A stretch of DNA of 64,000 nucleotides from Candidatus Heimdallarchaeota archaeon (lineage in GTDB: Archaea; Asgardarchaeota; Heimdallarchaeia; Hodarchaeales; Hodarchaeaceae), in contig JBHLSH010000001.1 in NCBI GenBank assembly GCA_048881705.1, positions 128,001 through 192,000 on the forward strand, in the 5' to 3' direction. Made by a program: the position numbers and the translations under genes. The notes under the pieces were generated by a model, which ran no database searches, was not told where the DNA came from, and was given only the letters and a program-made list of their open reading frames with translations. Numbering within the stretch: the stretch's first letter is position 1; the number at the start of each line of letters is the position of its first letter. This document shows, one piece after another, positions 41,601 to 51,353 of the stretch.

Positions 41601-41676
41601 ATTGTATATGGTAATCCGTGAAAAACTGATCAGAAACCAGGCTTTTTTTTCCTATCTATAGCTGTACCAGTGGAAT

Positions 41677-44034
41677 CTATCCACATTTAGAATATCCACA
41701 AACCCGACACAATACGCAGCCTTCACCATGTTCGACAATGTTGCCACAATCTGGACATTCAGGGCGTAACCCCGCAGTGCTGTGTGTGAGATATACCGCT
41801 TCATTTTGCTCCTTAGGCGTCAGTTGGGGTGTCGACTGTACTATGGTCGCTGGACTCTTGTGATTCCCGTTGGTACTGTATTGTGCAAGAAATCGTTCAA
41901 CGGATTTAGCAACACCGTCTGCACACGAAAGAATTGGACCATCAGAACCAAATGTAGGACTAGGACAGCGGATTGATTTCAATTGTAGGACGATCTCTTC
42001 AGGTTCAATCCGGCTCCTTAAAGCAAGAGAGATCATTCGACCTAGAGCTTCGATATGTGAGGCAACACACCCCCCTGATTTTCCGAGGGATAAGAATACT
42101 TCTGTAAGCCCTTCTTCGTCTTCTTCGTTCATAGTGATAAAAAGATTGGTACCACATCCTACACGAAGCCGCTCAGTAATTCCTCGTGTAACATCGGGAC
42201 GATAGCGTGGTTTCTTTTTAACGATTGACGGTGTTTCAATCGTAGGTGCGCTTTCGACGGTTTCACTTGCATTTGTTCCTTTTTTCGATAGCACATCATA
42301 AGTGCGCGAGCCGGATCGATAAACGGTGATGCCCTTGCAACCCAGCTGATGTGCAAGTAAATAGGCTTCTTCTATTTCGGCTTCAGTGGCTGATTCAGGG
42401 AAATTTATGGTTTTACTAACCGCGCTATCTACGCCTGATGTTTGAAAAACAGCTTGCATTTTGACGTGCGCTTCAGGGGAAATATCATGAGAAGTCACAA
42501 AAACCTCCCGTACGTCTTCGGGGATCTCATTGAGATTCGCAATAGAGCCTGTCTTTGCTACCTTGGCCATTAGGTCTGAAGAGTAGAATCCCCGCCTTTT
42601 AGCGGTCTCTACAAAGAAAGGATAACCCTCAACAAGAATGTCGTCATCCAAAACTCGTCGTTCATATGTGAGCATAAATAATGGTTCAATTCCACTAGAG
42701 CATCCCGCAATTATAGAAAGGGTACCTGTGGGCGCTACAGTAGTTAAGGTGGCATTACGTAAGCCAGAATACTTGTCTGCAAAAATACTTTTCTTAAAAT
42801 TTGGGAATGATCCTCGTTCCTGCGCCAGCTGTTGGGATTCGCGAAGTGCGGCCGTGTGAATGAATCTCATCAGGCGCTTGCCAATATCTCGACCCTCTTC
42901 TGAATCATACGGGATACCCAGTCTGATTAATAGATCTGCAAATCCCATAACCCCAAGGCCAATTTTACGGTTGGCACGTGTCATTTCACCGATTTCATCC
43001 AATGGAAAAGTTGAAGCGTCAACTACATTATCAAGAAAGCGAACTGATAGAGAGACTGTCCGTCCGAGCTTTTCGAAATCTACCTGATACTTGTCAGGAT
43101 CCAGGGCATCTAGTTTAAGCATTTTCCCCAGATTAATTGAACCAAGATTACACGACTCCAAAGGGAGCAAGGGCTGTTCTCCGCAGGGATTAGTTGATTC
43201 AATGAGACCTATTTGGGGAGTAGGATTTGCCGCATTGATTTGATCAAGAAAAATGATTCCAGGTTCTCCCGTTGCATGCGCCATCCTCACAATCTTTTCA
43301 AACACATGACGGGCCTGCAACCGTACTACTTCTTGGTTATTTCGGGGATTGATCAATGAATAATCAGTATCGTTGCGAACAGCTTCCATAAATTCTTCGG
43401 TAACACCGACTGATATATTGAAATTGTTTAGAGCTGTCAAATCAGTCTTACATTCAATAAAGTCAAGAATGTCAGGATGGTCTACTCGTAAGACACCCAT
43501 ATTCGCACCACGTCGGCGTCCTCCTTGTTTAATGATTTCTGTAGCCGAATTGAAAACCGTCATAAACGAAATGGGGCCACTAGCTACTCCACCCGTGGTT
43601 TGGACTTTATCGTTCGCGGGACGAAGCCGCGAGAAGGAAAATCCAGTTCCTCCGCCAGATTTGTGAATGATAGCAGCATTCTTGATTGCATTAAATATGC
43701 TATCCATATCATCTTCAACTGGAAGTACAAAACAAGCCGAAAGTTGATTGATGGATGTCCCGGCGTTCATCAAGGTAGGGGAATTGGGAAGAAATTCCAA
43801 TCTGGCCATCATATCATAAAATTGCTCTTCAGATTCCGCAGGATTTCCCCCATACTGGGCCTCCATTGCGGCAATTGCCCGCGCAACTCGACGGAACAGT
43901 TGACCAGGAGTTTCAATAATTTCTCCTCGCTCATTTTGCAGGAGATAGCGTTTTTCGAGGACAATCTTGGCATTAGGTGTTAAAACAAGTTCTTCGTCTG
44001 GTTTTTTCTCTGTGGCGGTTGATACGGCAGTCAT
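41677..44034 (-). CDS. nrdJ: Adenosylcobalamin-dependent (class II) ribonucleotide reductase with TSCPD and Zn-ribbon tail
   Basis: PNSPTLMNAG, LSACFVL, GGGTG, RRGANM, TNPCGEQPL...SCNLGSINL, APTGT, KGITVYR; no ATP cone and no intein visible. Confidence 0.95.
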   Translation of the reverse strand: MTAVSTATEKKPDEELVLTPNAKIVLEKRYLLQNERGEIIETPGQLFRRVARAIAAMEAQYGGNPAESEEQFYDMMARLEFLPNSPTLMNAGTSINQLSACFVLPVEDDMDSIFNAIKNAAIIHKSGGGTGFSFSRLRPANDKVQTTGGVASGPISFMTVFNSATEIIKQGGRRRGANMGVLRVDHPDILDFIECKTDLTALNNFNISVGVTEEFMEAVRNDTDYSLINPRNNQEVVRLQARHVFEKIVRMAHATGEPGIIFLDQINAANPTPQIGLIESTNPCGEQPLLPLESCNLGSINLGKMLKLDALDPDKYQVDFEKLGRTVSLSVRFLDNVVDASTFPLDEIGEMTRANRKIGLGVMGFADLLIRLGIPYDSEEGRDIGKRLMRFIHTAALRESQQLAQERGSFPNFKKSIFADKYSGLRNATLTTVAPTGTLSIIAGCSSGIEPLFMLTYERRVLDDDILVEGYPFFVETAKRRGFYSSDLMAKVAKTGSIANLNEIPEDVREVFVTSHDISPEAHVKMQAVFQTSGVDSAVSKTINFPESATEAEIEEAYLLAHQLGCKGITVYRSGSRTYDVLSKKGTNASETVESAPTIETPSIVKKKPRYRPDVTRGITERLRVGCGTNLFITMNEEDEEGLTEVFLSLGKSGGCVASHIEALGRMISLALRSRIEPEEIVLQLKSIRCPSPTFGSDGPILSCADGVAKSVERFLAQYSTNGNHKSPATIVQSTPQLTPKEQNEAVYLTHSTAGLRPECPDCGNIVEHGEGCVLCRVCGYSKCG

Positions 44035-44873
44035 GATTAGTCACTTTACTTGATGCCTTGAGGGCGGGATTTTGTCGGTTAAGAGGATGAAGAGACCATA
44101 CATCTCGGCCCCCTTAATTCGGAGGACGTCATCTCGTTATATCGAAAAGTTACTTCAAGACCCAATAATTAATCCTCTCACGAGAAGATCTATCCCTTTT
44201 AGACAATACTTCATGGTATCATTACATTGTTTATTTAGGTTCTCCTGTGGGGTTCACAGTAATGGAAAAATCCGACAAAATCCATTAGATTCTTCAATAG
44301 TCCCCTAATAGCTAAATAGGAGCGAATTACCACCAAATCAAATCCTTGCAAATCGAGATAGTTCCATTATATTGTAACGCGAGCAATCATCATACTTCCT
44401 ACCTTTATCGTGCCAATGACCGGTGTGAAGATATTTATTGGAATCATCAGGTTTTTCTTAAATCTTTGAACATATCTTCGGATTGTTACCAAAGGATACG
44501 GGATAATAGGGACGGGTGTTTCAAGAGTGTCTAGTTTTACACCCCTAGATTAGGAGAGTGGTATTAAAAGGATTCGTATCCGCTTTGTCAAATTATTATT
44601 TCGTATAACTCAAGTGAAATACTATTACAAACCGATTAGTCTTTTTCATGTGTCATTTGTAGGAGGAGATGAAATGGTTACTGGCTGTACCATAGATTTT
44701 CTCAGTAATCATCACAATAAAGCCTTAAAGAAAGAAGCAGATAATTTAGAAACTTGAAAACGATGTTTGAGTCGAATTCCCTCCGTTCAAACCATAAGAA
44801 CCTCAACGAAGTAGGGGTCAAGTAAAAAACAACGCCTTTTTGATCCTGAGATATTTTTGGAAATAGCCCCTAC

Positions 44874-44940
44874 GTATTACTTCCGTAATATGTCTTGGAA
44901 GATGTATTACTTCCGTAATATCCAGCGATGAACGTAATAT
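44874..44940. promoter_or_regulatory. Duplicated palindromic operator-like site TATTAC-N4-GTAATA
   Basis: GTATTACTTCCGTAATAT exactly repeated at 44874-44891 and 44904-44921, plus half-site CGTAATAT at 44933-44940, upstream of the RHH gene. Confidence 0.6.
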
Positions 44941-45011
44941 GGTGATATTATATCTTATTTAAAAAAATAGAATGATGATGAAGGTCAGATCCTATTGGAG
45001 ATGTAAATTAC

Positions 45012-45191
45012 ATGCGACTTATCACGGTCCACCTACCACCTGAGGCTGTACAAGGATTAGACGAACTAGTTCGCTCTGGTCGTTATCCGAATCGTAGTGA
45101 AGCCATCCGTTTTGCCATTCGGGATATGTTGAAAGATGAATTATGGAGTCTTCAGGGAACTCTGATATCTCACTCTCGGGACTCATTTTAG
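45012..45191 (+). CDS. Small ribbon-helix-helix regulator (CopG/Arc family, CdrS-like), 59 aa, absent from the ORF track
   Basis: Hand translation MRLITVHLPPEAVQGLDELVRSGRYPNRSEAIRFAIRDMLKDELW...; the G.YPNRSEAIR.A.RD motif. Confidence 0.85.
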   Translation: MRLITVHLPPEAVQGLDELVRSGRYPNRSEAIRFAIRDMLKDELWSLQGTLISHSRDSF

Positions 45192-45369
45192 CTGTGCTAT
45201 AGTTCATCCCTCCTTCCTCTTTTTTTCATAGGAATTTGTTCCGATATCATGTTTTAGCTTTCTCAGCCAGACAGCATTTTTTAATCCGCACGATTTGAAA
45301 ACAACAGATTGAATACCGAGACCATGACCCGTATGACTCCGTAAAACGAACACAGAAGTTGATAGCTAG

Positions 45370-45984
45370 GTGTTAAAACCAGTCAAACGCTGGCGGATCG
45401 TAAAATCGAAGACCCCTATAATTGGAATTGATGACGGTGGATTTGATCGATTTGATCTCCACGAATATCTGGAGATCCCCGTGTTTGGTGTTATTATGAA
45501 GGGACGTGCCTATGTCGATGGTATCATACAATGCCAGATTCATCGGGACGATTCGGAGGCTACCTATAAGATCAGCGAAATGATTCTGAAGTCCTCTCAT
45601 AAACCCCAGCTCCAGGCCATTTTTCTCCAGGGAATTACCGTTGGAGGATTTGGTGTAATTGACATTGATCAGCTATTTCGTCTCACGGAGATTCCAGTTG
45701 TTGTCCTCCTTCGGAAATATCCAGATTACCCTCGAATCAGGGAGGCCCTTGAGAGAACTTTTCCTGACGCAGAACAACGCTGGATAAGCATTAAACGCGC
45801 TGGAAACCCGATACAGATCCAAGAAGATCCGTTGATCCTTCTTCAAGTAGCTGGAATACATACAAAGGATGCGATGTTGTTGACCGAAAAGTGTACGACT
45901 ATTGGAACAATTCCAGAAGCGTTACGAATTGCTCATTTCATTGGGGCCAGTATTTTTCGTCACGTAAGGAATAACGTGCAATAA
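45370..45984 (+). CDS. DUF99/UPF0215 family protein (endonuclease V-like fold)
   Basis: IIGIDDGGF, VDG, LQGITVGGFGVIDI..L, IPVV, PEALRIAH.I. Confidence 0.9.
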   Translation: MLKPVKRWRIVKSKTPIIGIDDGGFDRFDLHEYLEIPVFGVIMKGRAYVDGIIQCQIHRDDSEATYKISEMILKSSHKPQLQAIFLQGITVGGFGVIDIDQLFRLTEIPVVVLLRKYPDYPRIREALERTFPDAEQRWISIKRAGNPIQIQEDPLILLQVAGIHTKDAMLLTEKCTTIGTIPEALRIAHFIGASIFRHVRNNVQ

Positions 45985-46004
45985 ATTGGCTGGACAAGCA
46001 GGAT

Positions 46005-47603
46005 TCACTTTCTATTGCTCGGGGGGTTAAATTCTTCATAGAGTAGAACAAGGGGTGCCAACATCCAGAATGCAGCTGCACCTGCAACAAAAAGGCCGAA
46101 ATTATGAGTTACTCCCAAGATCCCAATTAGGACTAAGATTCCACAGAAGAGAAGCGCAAGCAATGAATTCCGGACAACTCGAATCTCACGATTCCAAACA
46201 CTGCCTTCAGTTAGTGGAGTGTTCTTTAACAGAAGACCTTCCACCACTCCCGAGATTAAATAAAGAAACGTTCCTAAAGAGAATAAATAAAAGGGAATCA
46301 GCTGGAGAAGTCGAATCACCAGATTTTGTTGTCGAGGTTCCCAAATTATGGCCAAGAAAGCAGTCACGGAATAGGAAATACCTACTAAACCAGGCAATAG
46401 ATATCCCAAATGAAATTGGAAAAAGAATGGCCGGATAAAGGGCATATCGAACAAAACCAAAAGCGCAAGCAATGAGATCAACAGGACAATACTAATTCCA
46501 GAGAAAAAGGCCATTGCATTGAGTATGAGTTCCAGTTTTTTGGGCCAGCTCAGGTGTGGTGATTTAAACAATTCTCGAAACCGAAGCCGAAGGAGACTAC
46601 ATGCTCCATGGGCCCAACGCCATAATTGAATGATCTGTCCCTTCGCAGACTCGGGAACCAGACCACGAGATCCTACCACGTTGAGAAAACGGCCCGTGTA
46701 GCCTTGAGCTAGAATTTTCATAGACGTATCAATATCCTCGATCAGGGTTTCTTCCGAAAATCCGTTAACCGCTAATAAGGCATCCCGACGAAAACAACCT
46801 GTGGTTCCATTGAACAAAGCCACGCCCCGAGGGTCTTTCGCCGCTTCAAACACTTCAAAGAATTGAGAATAAAGAATCGAGTTTGCAGCCTGATAAACCT
46901 TCGTCAAATTTCTGTAAGATACTTTAGTTTGAATGTAACCTATATTTTCGTCTCCCATGACTTCTGCAAACAGTGCCAGAAGATCGGGAACTGGAATATG
47001 ATCTGAGTCCAGGATTACAACTAGATCCCCATGCGTTTTGTCAAGTACCACATTTATATTCCCCGCCTTAAACCCCCGTGAATCTGGTTTCCAATGAAAC
47101 GGAATTTGATGTTCCTGACAAAACTCACGTAATTGATCCGTAACTTTCGGATCTACTCCGTTGTCACTTACAATTATCTCATAGTCATCGTACTTTAAGG
47201 CAAGGGTTCCAAGGAGAGTCTCTTTCAATATTGGGAATGGAGTCCCATGAGATGGAACGACGATACTAAACGAAGGGTGGTACGAGGTAACTGTCGGGGG
47301 GAATGGGGGTTGAGATCTAAACTTGAAGGCTCCAGAAATCATATAAAGGAGGTAGAACGCAAAAAGGTAACCAAATGCTTCAATGGCTAGGAGGAGGAGA
47401 TTTAAAACAATGCCAAAATAGTCAGGATATGTTAAGATCTCTTTAAAACTGAAAGCTAGGTAAAGTGGGATAAAGCCCAAGACCAGAAGGGATATCCCTA
47501 GGGTAATCCATGAAATAATACGGTTTATCCATAAAATAAGCAAGATTTTCAGCCTGCTGAGAAATATCAAAAATTTAGCTTGCCAGCCAAGAAATCCGCC
47601 CAA
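46005..47603 (-). CDS. Processive GT2 glycosyltransferase (cellulose-synthase-like), multi-pass membrane protein
   Basis: KAGNIN, ILDSDHIP, IEDID, QLWRWAHG (QxxRW) and flanking TM helices. Confidence 0.9.
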   Translation of the reverse strand: MGGFLGWQAKFLIFLSRLKILLILWINRIISWITLGISLLVLGFIPLYLAFSFKEILTYPDYFGIVLNLLLLAIEAFGYLFAFYLLYMISGAFKFRSQPPFPPTVTSYHPSFSIVVPSHGTPFPILKETLLGTLALKYDDYEIIVSDNGVDPKVTDQLREFCQEHQIPFHWKPDSRGFKAGNINVVLDKTHGDLVVILDSDHIPVPDLLALFAEVMGDENIGYIQTKVSYRNLTKVYQAANSILYSQFFEVFEAAKDPRGVALFNGTTGCFRRDALLAVNGFSEETLIEDIDTSMKILAQGYTGRFLNVVGSRGLVPESAKGQIIQLWRWAHGACSLLRLRFRELFKSPHLSWPKKLELILNAMAFFSGISIVLLISLLALLVLFDMPFIRPFFFQFHLGYLLPGLVGISYSVTAFLAIIWEPRQQNLVIRLLQLIPFYLFSLGTFLYLISGVVEGLLLKNTPLTEGSVWNREIRVVRNSLLALLFCGILVLIGILGVTHNFGLFVAGAAAFWMLAPLVLLYEEFNPPSNRK

Positions 47604-48430
47604 CCTTTGGTATACTTTTCTAGAGAATTAATATGGTTCCAATAGACTGGAGTATCGGGGACATATCCATATAGAACTCCATCTCCGGCCATGGCCGGGA
47701 ATACATCTTTTTCTAAGGAAGAAACCTCTTTTTCAATATAGGAAAATACCTCGGGCTCAAATACATAGATTCCAGCGTTAATTAGTGTATAGTTCTTCTT
47801 CCCACCCGCAACAAATCGAATTACCTGTTCATCTTCATCTCCAATCTCAACTTGGCCGCCTTGTTCTGTTTTCAGGATAAACATGGAACCAACTCCACCC
47901 TTATCGACGATCACACGATGAAATTTTACCAATTCCGTCAAATTACAATTGGTGACCAAATCACCATTCATTACAAGAAAAGTGGTTTGAAACTTAGATT
48001 TGTGCTGGGCCTTCACGTTTAGCAGCGCACCAGCAGTATCAAGAGGTTTATCTTCAATTACATAGCGCATGATGACTTCGGGGATTGTATGTTCCGAAAA
48101 TTGAGTGCGAATATGTTCCCGAAGATAACCTACTGCCAGGAAAATGTCAGTTAACGCGTGTTTCCGCAATAAATCAATTGAATACTCTATTATGGGCTTA
48201 TAACCTATTGGTAGCATCACGGGAGGTGTAGCAATTGAAAATGGTCGAAACCCAGTCCCTTTCCCTCCGCATAAGATGATGGCTTTCACCGTATAGGCTT
48301 CTAAAGCAACTGTAAGGGCTTGGATGATAAACTGTTTGATGTTACCGTGTCCTGCAACATCAACGAGGTTTGCCCACAAACTTTGATCGAACTCAATCGT
48401 GTACTTATGTGTAGGTGTACGTTGACTCAT
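47567..48430 (-). CDS. NDP-sugar nucleotidyltransferase (M1P-guanylyltransferase-like) with an N-terminal RHH-like extension
   Basis: ILCGGKGTGFRP, PLDTAGAL, VMNGD, INAGIYVF; ~45 extra N-terminal residues with a beta-alpha-alpha pattern. Confidence 0.85.
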   Translation of the reverse strand: MSQRTPTHKYTIEFDQSLWANLVDVAGHGNIKQFIIQALTVALEAYTVKAIILCGGKGTGFRPFSIATPPVMLPIGYKPIIEYSIDLLRKHALTDIFLAVGYLREHIRTQFSEHTIPEVIMRYVIEDKPLDTAGALLNVKAQHKSKFQTTFLVMNGDLVTNCNLTELVKFHRVIVDKGGVGSMFILKTEQGGQVEIGDEDEQVIRFVAGGKKNYTLINAGIYVFEPEVFSYIEKEVSSLEKDVFPAMAGDGVLYGYVPDTPVYWNHINSLEKYTKGWADFLAGKLNF

Positions 48431-48693
48431 TTTTCTTGACTCATTTTTCTGAAGAGTTGTGGAAAATATTCAACAAATGCGTTAGGATGAGGAAGCAGCC
48501 ATCTTTGCGGCTTCGGATCTCTAAGGGCAGTATCTTAATACAAGTCGGACTCCAGTCTATTTTACGTATTAAAATGTTGTGTGGAAAGGAGGAAAGGTAC
48601 ACAGATAAGTGAATGAAAAACTCACATGTCCTGGTGTTTAACGGAGAGAGTGCGAAAGAGCAAAATTTTGCCTTTCGTACGTTTGGTACATAA

Positions 48694-49668
48694 TTATTTT
48701 TCTCTTTCAACCAAGATTCGTACAAGAATCTGAAGGAAATCGAAAAGTTCCTGCGCAGCTGTATCTTCTGGATCTAGATTATCTTGAATAGTGGCCAATT
48801 CACGTAGTGAAAATTCCAGGTATTTGTTTCGCACCTCTTGAACTTGGGGGCTGGCGCCACGAAAAATTTTAAGGATTTCACGCACCTCTTCATCGGTTTT
48901 TTCACCAACAGGCTTATTGTAGATCTCTTTAACCAGTTCTGCGTGATCTGTTTGTAATGCGAAGTATAGAAAGAGATTTCGTTTACTCTCTTGGATATCC
49001 CAGTAAGCAATTTTGCCAAATTGTTCCTGGTCGCCCTGAATGTCTAGAAAATCATCCTGAATCTGAAATGCTATCCCTGCCGCTACTATAGCATCATGAA
49101 CTCGTTCGGTAAAAAGATCTTCTCGACGGCCAGCAAAACACCCGAGCTTCACGCAACCCGCAAATACGATCGCGGTCTTAAGCTCCATGATACGGATCAC
49201 ATGATCGAGATCAAACCCAAAGTTTTGATCTAAGCGATCTTCTAATTCTATCGCGTTACCTAGGCTGACCTGATAAGAATAATCGAGCACCAAGTCTAGT
49301 GTGGGCTCCTCTTTCAGAAGGGTCAATGCATAAGCATGAAGAATATCTCCATCATGAAGCGCGCGATCCGTCCCATGTACAATATGAAAGGCTTTCCTCC
49401 CTCTTCGTAGCGGCGCACGGTCAATCAAATCATCATGGATTAGGGTCATGTTATGCAAGAGTTCTATGGCTATTGCCGCATTGTACGATCGTTCCATAGC
49501 TTCCTCCCGATAATCTACATTATCTACTAAGATCTTGGTTGTTACCGCGATCAAAGCAGGGCGCAGCTGCTTTCCTTTGGAGTTGAAAATAAATTTACGA
49601 ATTCGTTCGCGGGTAGGACTGGTCATTCCATTGATGGCCTCATTGAGCTTGACGTTAAGAACCGCCAT
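48694..49668 (-). CDS. Polyprenyl diphosphate synthase (GGPP synthase/IdsA-like)
   Basis: GKQLRP, ELLHNMTLIHDDLID (FARM), RRG, MELKT, AFQIQDDFLD (SARM); start moved to ATG 49668. Confidence 0.92.
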   Translation of the reverse strand: MAVLNVKLNEAINGMTSPTRERIRKFIFNSKGKQLRPALIAVTTKILVDNVDYREEAMERSYNAAIAIELLHNMTLIHDDLIDRAPLRRGRKAFHIVHGTDRALHDGDILHAYALTLLKEEPTLDLVLDYSYQVSLGNAIELEDRLDQNFGFDLDHVIRIMELKTAIVFAGCVKLGCFAGRREDLFTERVHDAIVAAGIAFQIQDDFLDIQGDQEQFGKIAYWDIQESKRNLFLYFALQTDHAELVKEIYNKPVGEKTDEEVREILKIFRGASPQVQEVRNKYLEFSLRELATIQDNLDPEDTAAQELFDFLQILVRILVEREK

Positions 49669-50079
49669 GATCTCGTCATCAATAAAATTAGCCAATAGTG
49701 ACACGGAAAAAAACCTCATGCCCATCTGTGACAGATTCGTTGATTAGAGGAATGCGTGTGGATATCTATGTCAATTTCTTTGGAATGGGTTCGGAACGGG
49801 GTTAATTACCATCCGATATTTAAGTTGTTTTTGGCCGTTTTTTTTGTCATAAAAGTTTCTTTCAAATATTATGTAGTTTTACTGGTTTTAATACATTTTG
49901 TTCTTCTACTATTCGAAGGAATGTTGTTTTTATCGGCTTTATATCTCTTAGAAGAAGTAAATACCAAATTTATCTGATCTAAGATTTGGATACCTGGTAT
50001 ATGGCTTACAGACATATATTATGAGCGTGAAGTTTTTGTAAGCGTTTTTTTAAATCCTGATTATTTAAAATGATACTGG

Positions 50080-51348
50080 ATGAGTCAACAGTTGTCCATG
50101 CATCTATGTAAGCACTGTGGACGTTATACCCCCGCAGGCCGTTTTTGCGTTTTTTGCGGTGATAAACTACCCGAAACCAAACAGTGTTACCAATGTTACC
50201 AGGAAATCCCATTGTGGGTGGGATTTTGTCCCTTCTGTGGCGCCTTAAACGAAAGCATTTCCCAAACTACAAGTTCATCTCGAATTCGAAAGCTAATCAG
50301 GAAATTGAGAATTGTTTATCCCAGCCTCCTAATCATCTTTTTGCTTGCCGCTAGTTCATTAGTTCAACTTATCGCGGGCTACCTCCTTGCAGCGTCGGGT
50401 ATAGTTTCAACAGTTATCGCCCCAAATACCCCAGAAGATGGATTGTTTATCCTTTTAACAGTGATTATAGGCACGTTAGTTATGATTGCCCTTCTCATAA
50501 GGGGGATCCCCATTTCCTTCGATCGTGAAAAGCATCATGGACTCAAATTCCAAACTCTATTTTTACTTGGGATCCTATTTGGGATCACGGTATCGGTTAT
50601 TGAGATCAGTGTTTCTCTTATCGAACTCGGTTTGGATTTGCTAGAACTAGACCAGATCCAAGAAACACCATATGACATCTTTTTTTTGGATCAAGTAAAT
50701 ATCCTATTGTTTATCATCCTAGCTGGACTCGTAGGACCTATTTTTGAGGAACTAGTATTTCGTCGATATGCGATTTCAATGTTGCTCATTCAGCTTAGGT
50801 CAGATGAATTTGTGGTAATCACGAGTGCACTCATTTTTAGCCTAATACACCTTCCAGGAGATCTTCAGATTGGATCGCTGAGGTACATTATTCTCCATCT
50901 TTCAGTTACATTCATCCTAGGGTTAATTCTGGGCATGGTATATTTAAGATGGGGATTCTCCTATGCTGTCGTTTTTCACGGCGCGTGGAATATTTTCTCG
51001 GTGATCATTTCCCTCGCGAGTCTTGCAGACCTCGAAATCCTAGTTGATACTGGTATAATTGTCCTCATAGTAACTTCATTTTGCGGATTACTGGTTGGTA
51101 TTTTTTCTAAACGTAGGTTATTAAAAGAAAGAATCAGATTCTTATCCCGTCCCTCTTTCGCTGATTTTCCTTATATTTTAGCAAACCTAATTCTTTTTAT
51201 TATGTTCGAAATTGTACCGATGATAATGCTATTGATGATCCCTAGCTTAATCACGGTCGGATTTGTTATCTTCACGGAACTTTTGGCATTATTGGCAGGC
51301 CCTCTGGTCATCAGGGAATTGAAAGGATCTAGGGCAATGCGGTCGTGA
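50080..51348 (+). CDS. CPBP/Abi (CAAX type II) intramembrane metalloprotease with an N-terminal double zinc ribbon
   Basis: CKHC..FCVFC..CYQC..FCPFC; FEELVFR, FSLIH and H..WN motifs. Confidence 0.88.
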   Translation: MSQQLSMHLCKHCGRYTPAGRFCVFCGDKLPETKQCYQCYQEIPLWVGFCPFCGALNESISQTTSSSRIRKLIRKLRIVYPSLLIIFLLAASSLVQLIAGYLLAASGIVSTVIAPNTPEDGLFILLTVIIGTLVMIALLIRGIPISFDREKHHGLKFQTLFLLGILFGITVSVIEISVSLIELGLDLLELDQIQETPYDIFFLDQVNILLFIILAGLVGPIFEELVFRRYAISMLLIQLRSDEFVVITSALIFSLIHLPGDLQIGSLRYIILHLSVTFILGLILGMVYLRWGFSYAVVFHGAWNIFSVIISLASLADLEILVDTGIIVLIVTSFCGLLVGIFSKRRLLKERIRFLSRPSFADFPYILANLILFIMFEIVPMIMLLMIPSLITVGFVIFTELLALLAGPLVIRELKGSRAMRS

Positions 51349-51353
51349 ATCAT

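Noticed and set aside
41677-44034. Intein in the ribonucleotide reductase
   Set aside because: Motifs are contiguous at normal spacing, with no intein splice-junction or LAGLIDADG blocks.
44035-44200. Possible cobalamin riboswitch upstream of nrdJ
   Set aside because: Only short hairpins; I could not identify the conserved B12-box. An Infernal/Rfam scan would settle it.
44874-44921. Repeat-spacer-repeat resembling a mini CRISPR array
   Set aside because: Only two 18-bp copies with a 12-bp spacer and no cas genes; operator geometry fits better.
45022-45207. 61-aa minus-strand ORF from the track
   Set aside because: Antisense shadow of the real RHH gene on the plus strand (45012-45191).
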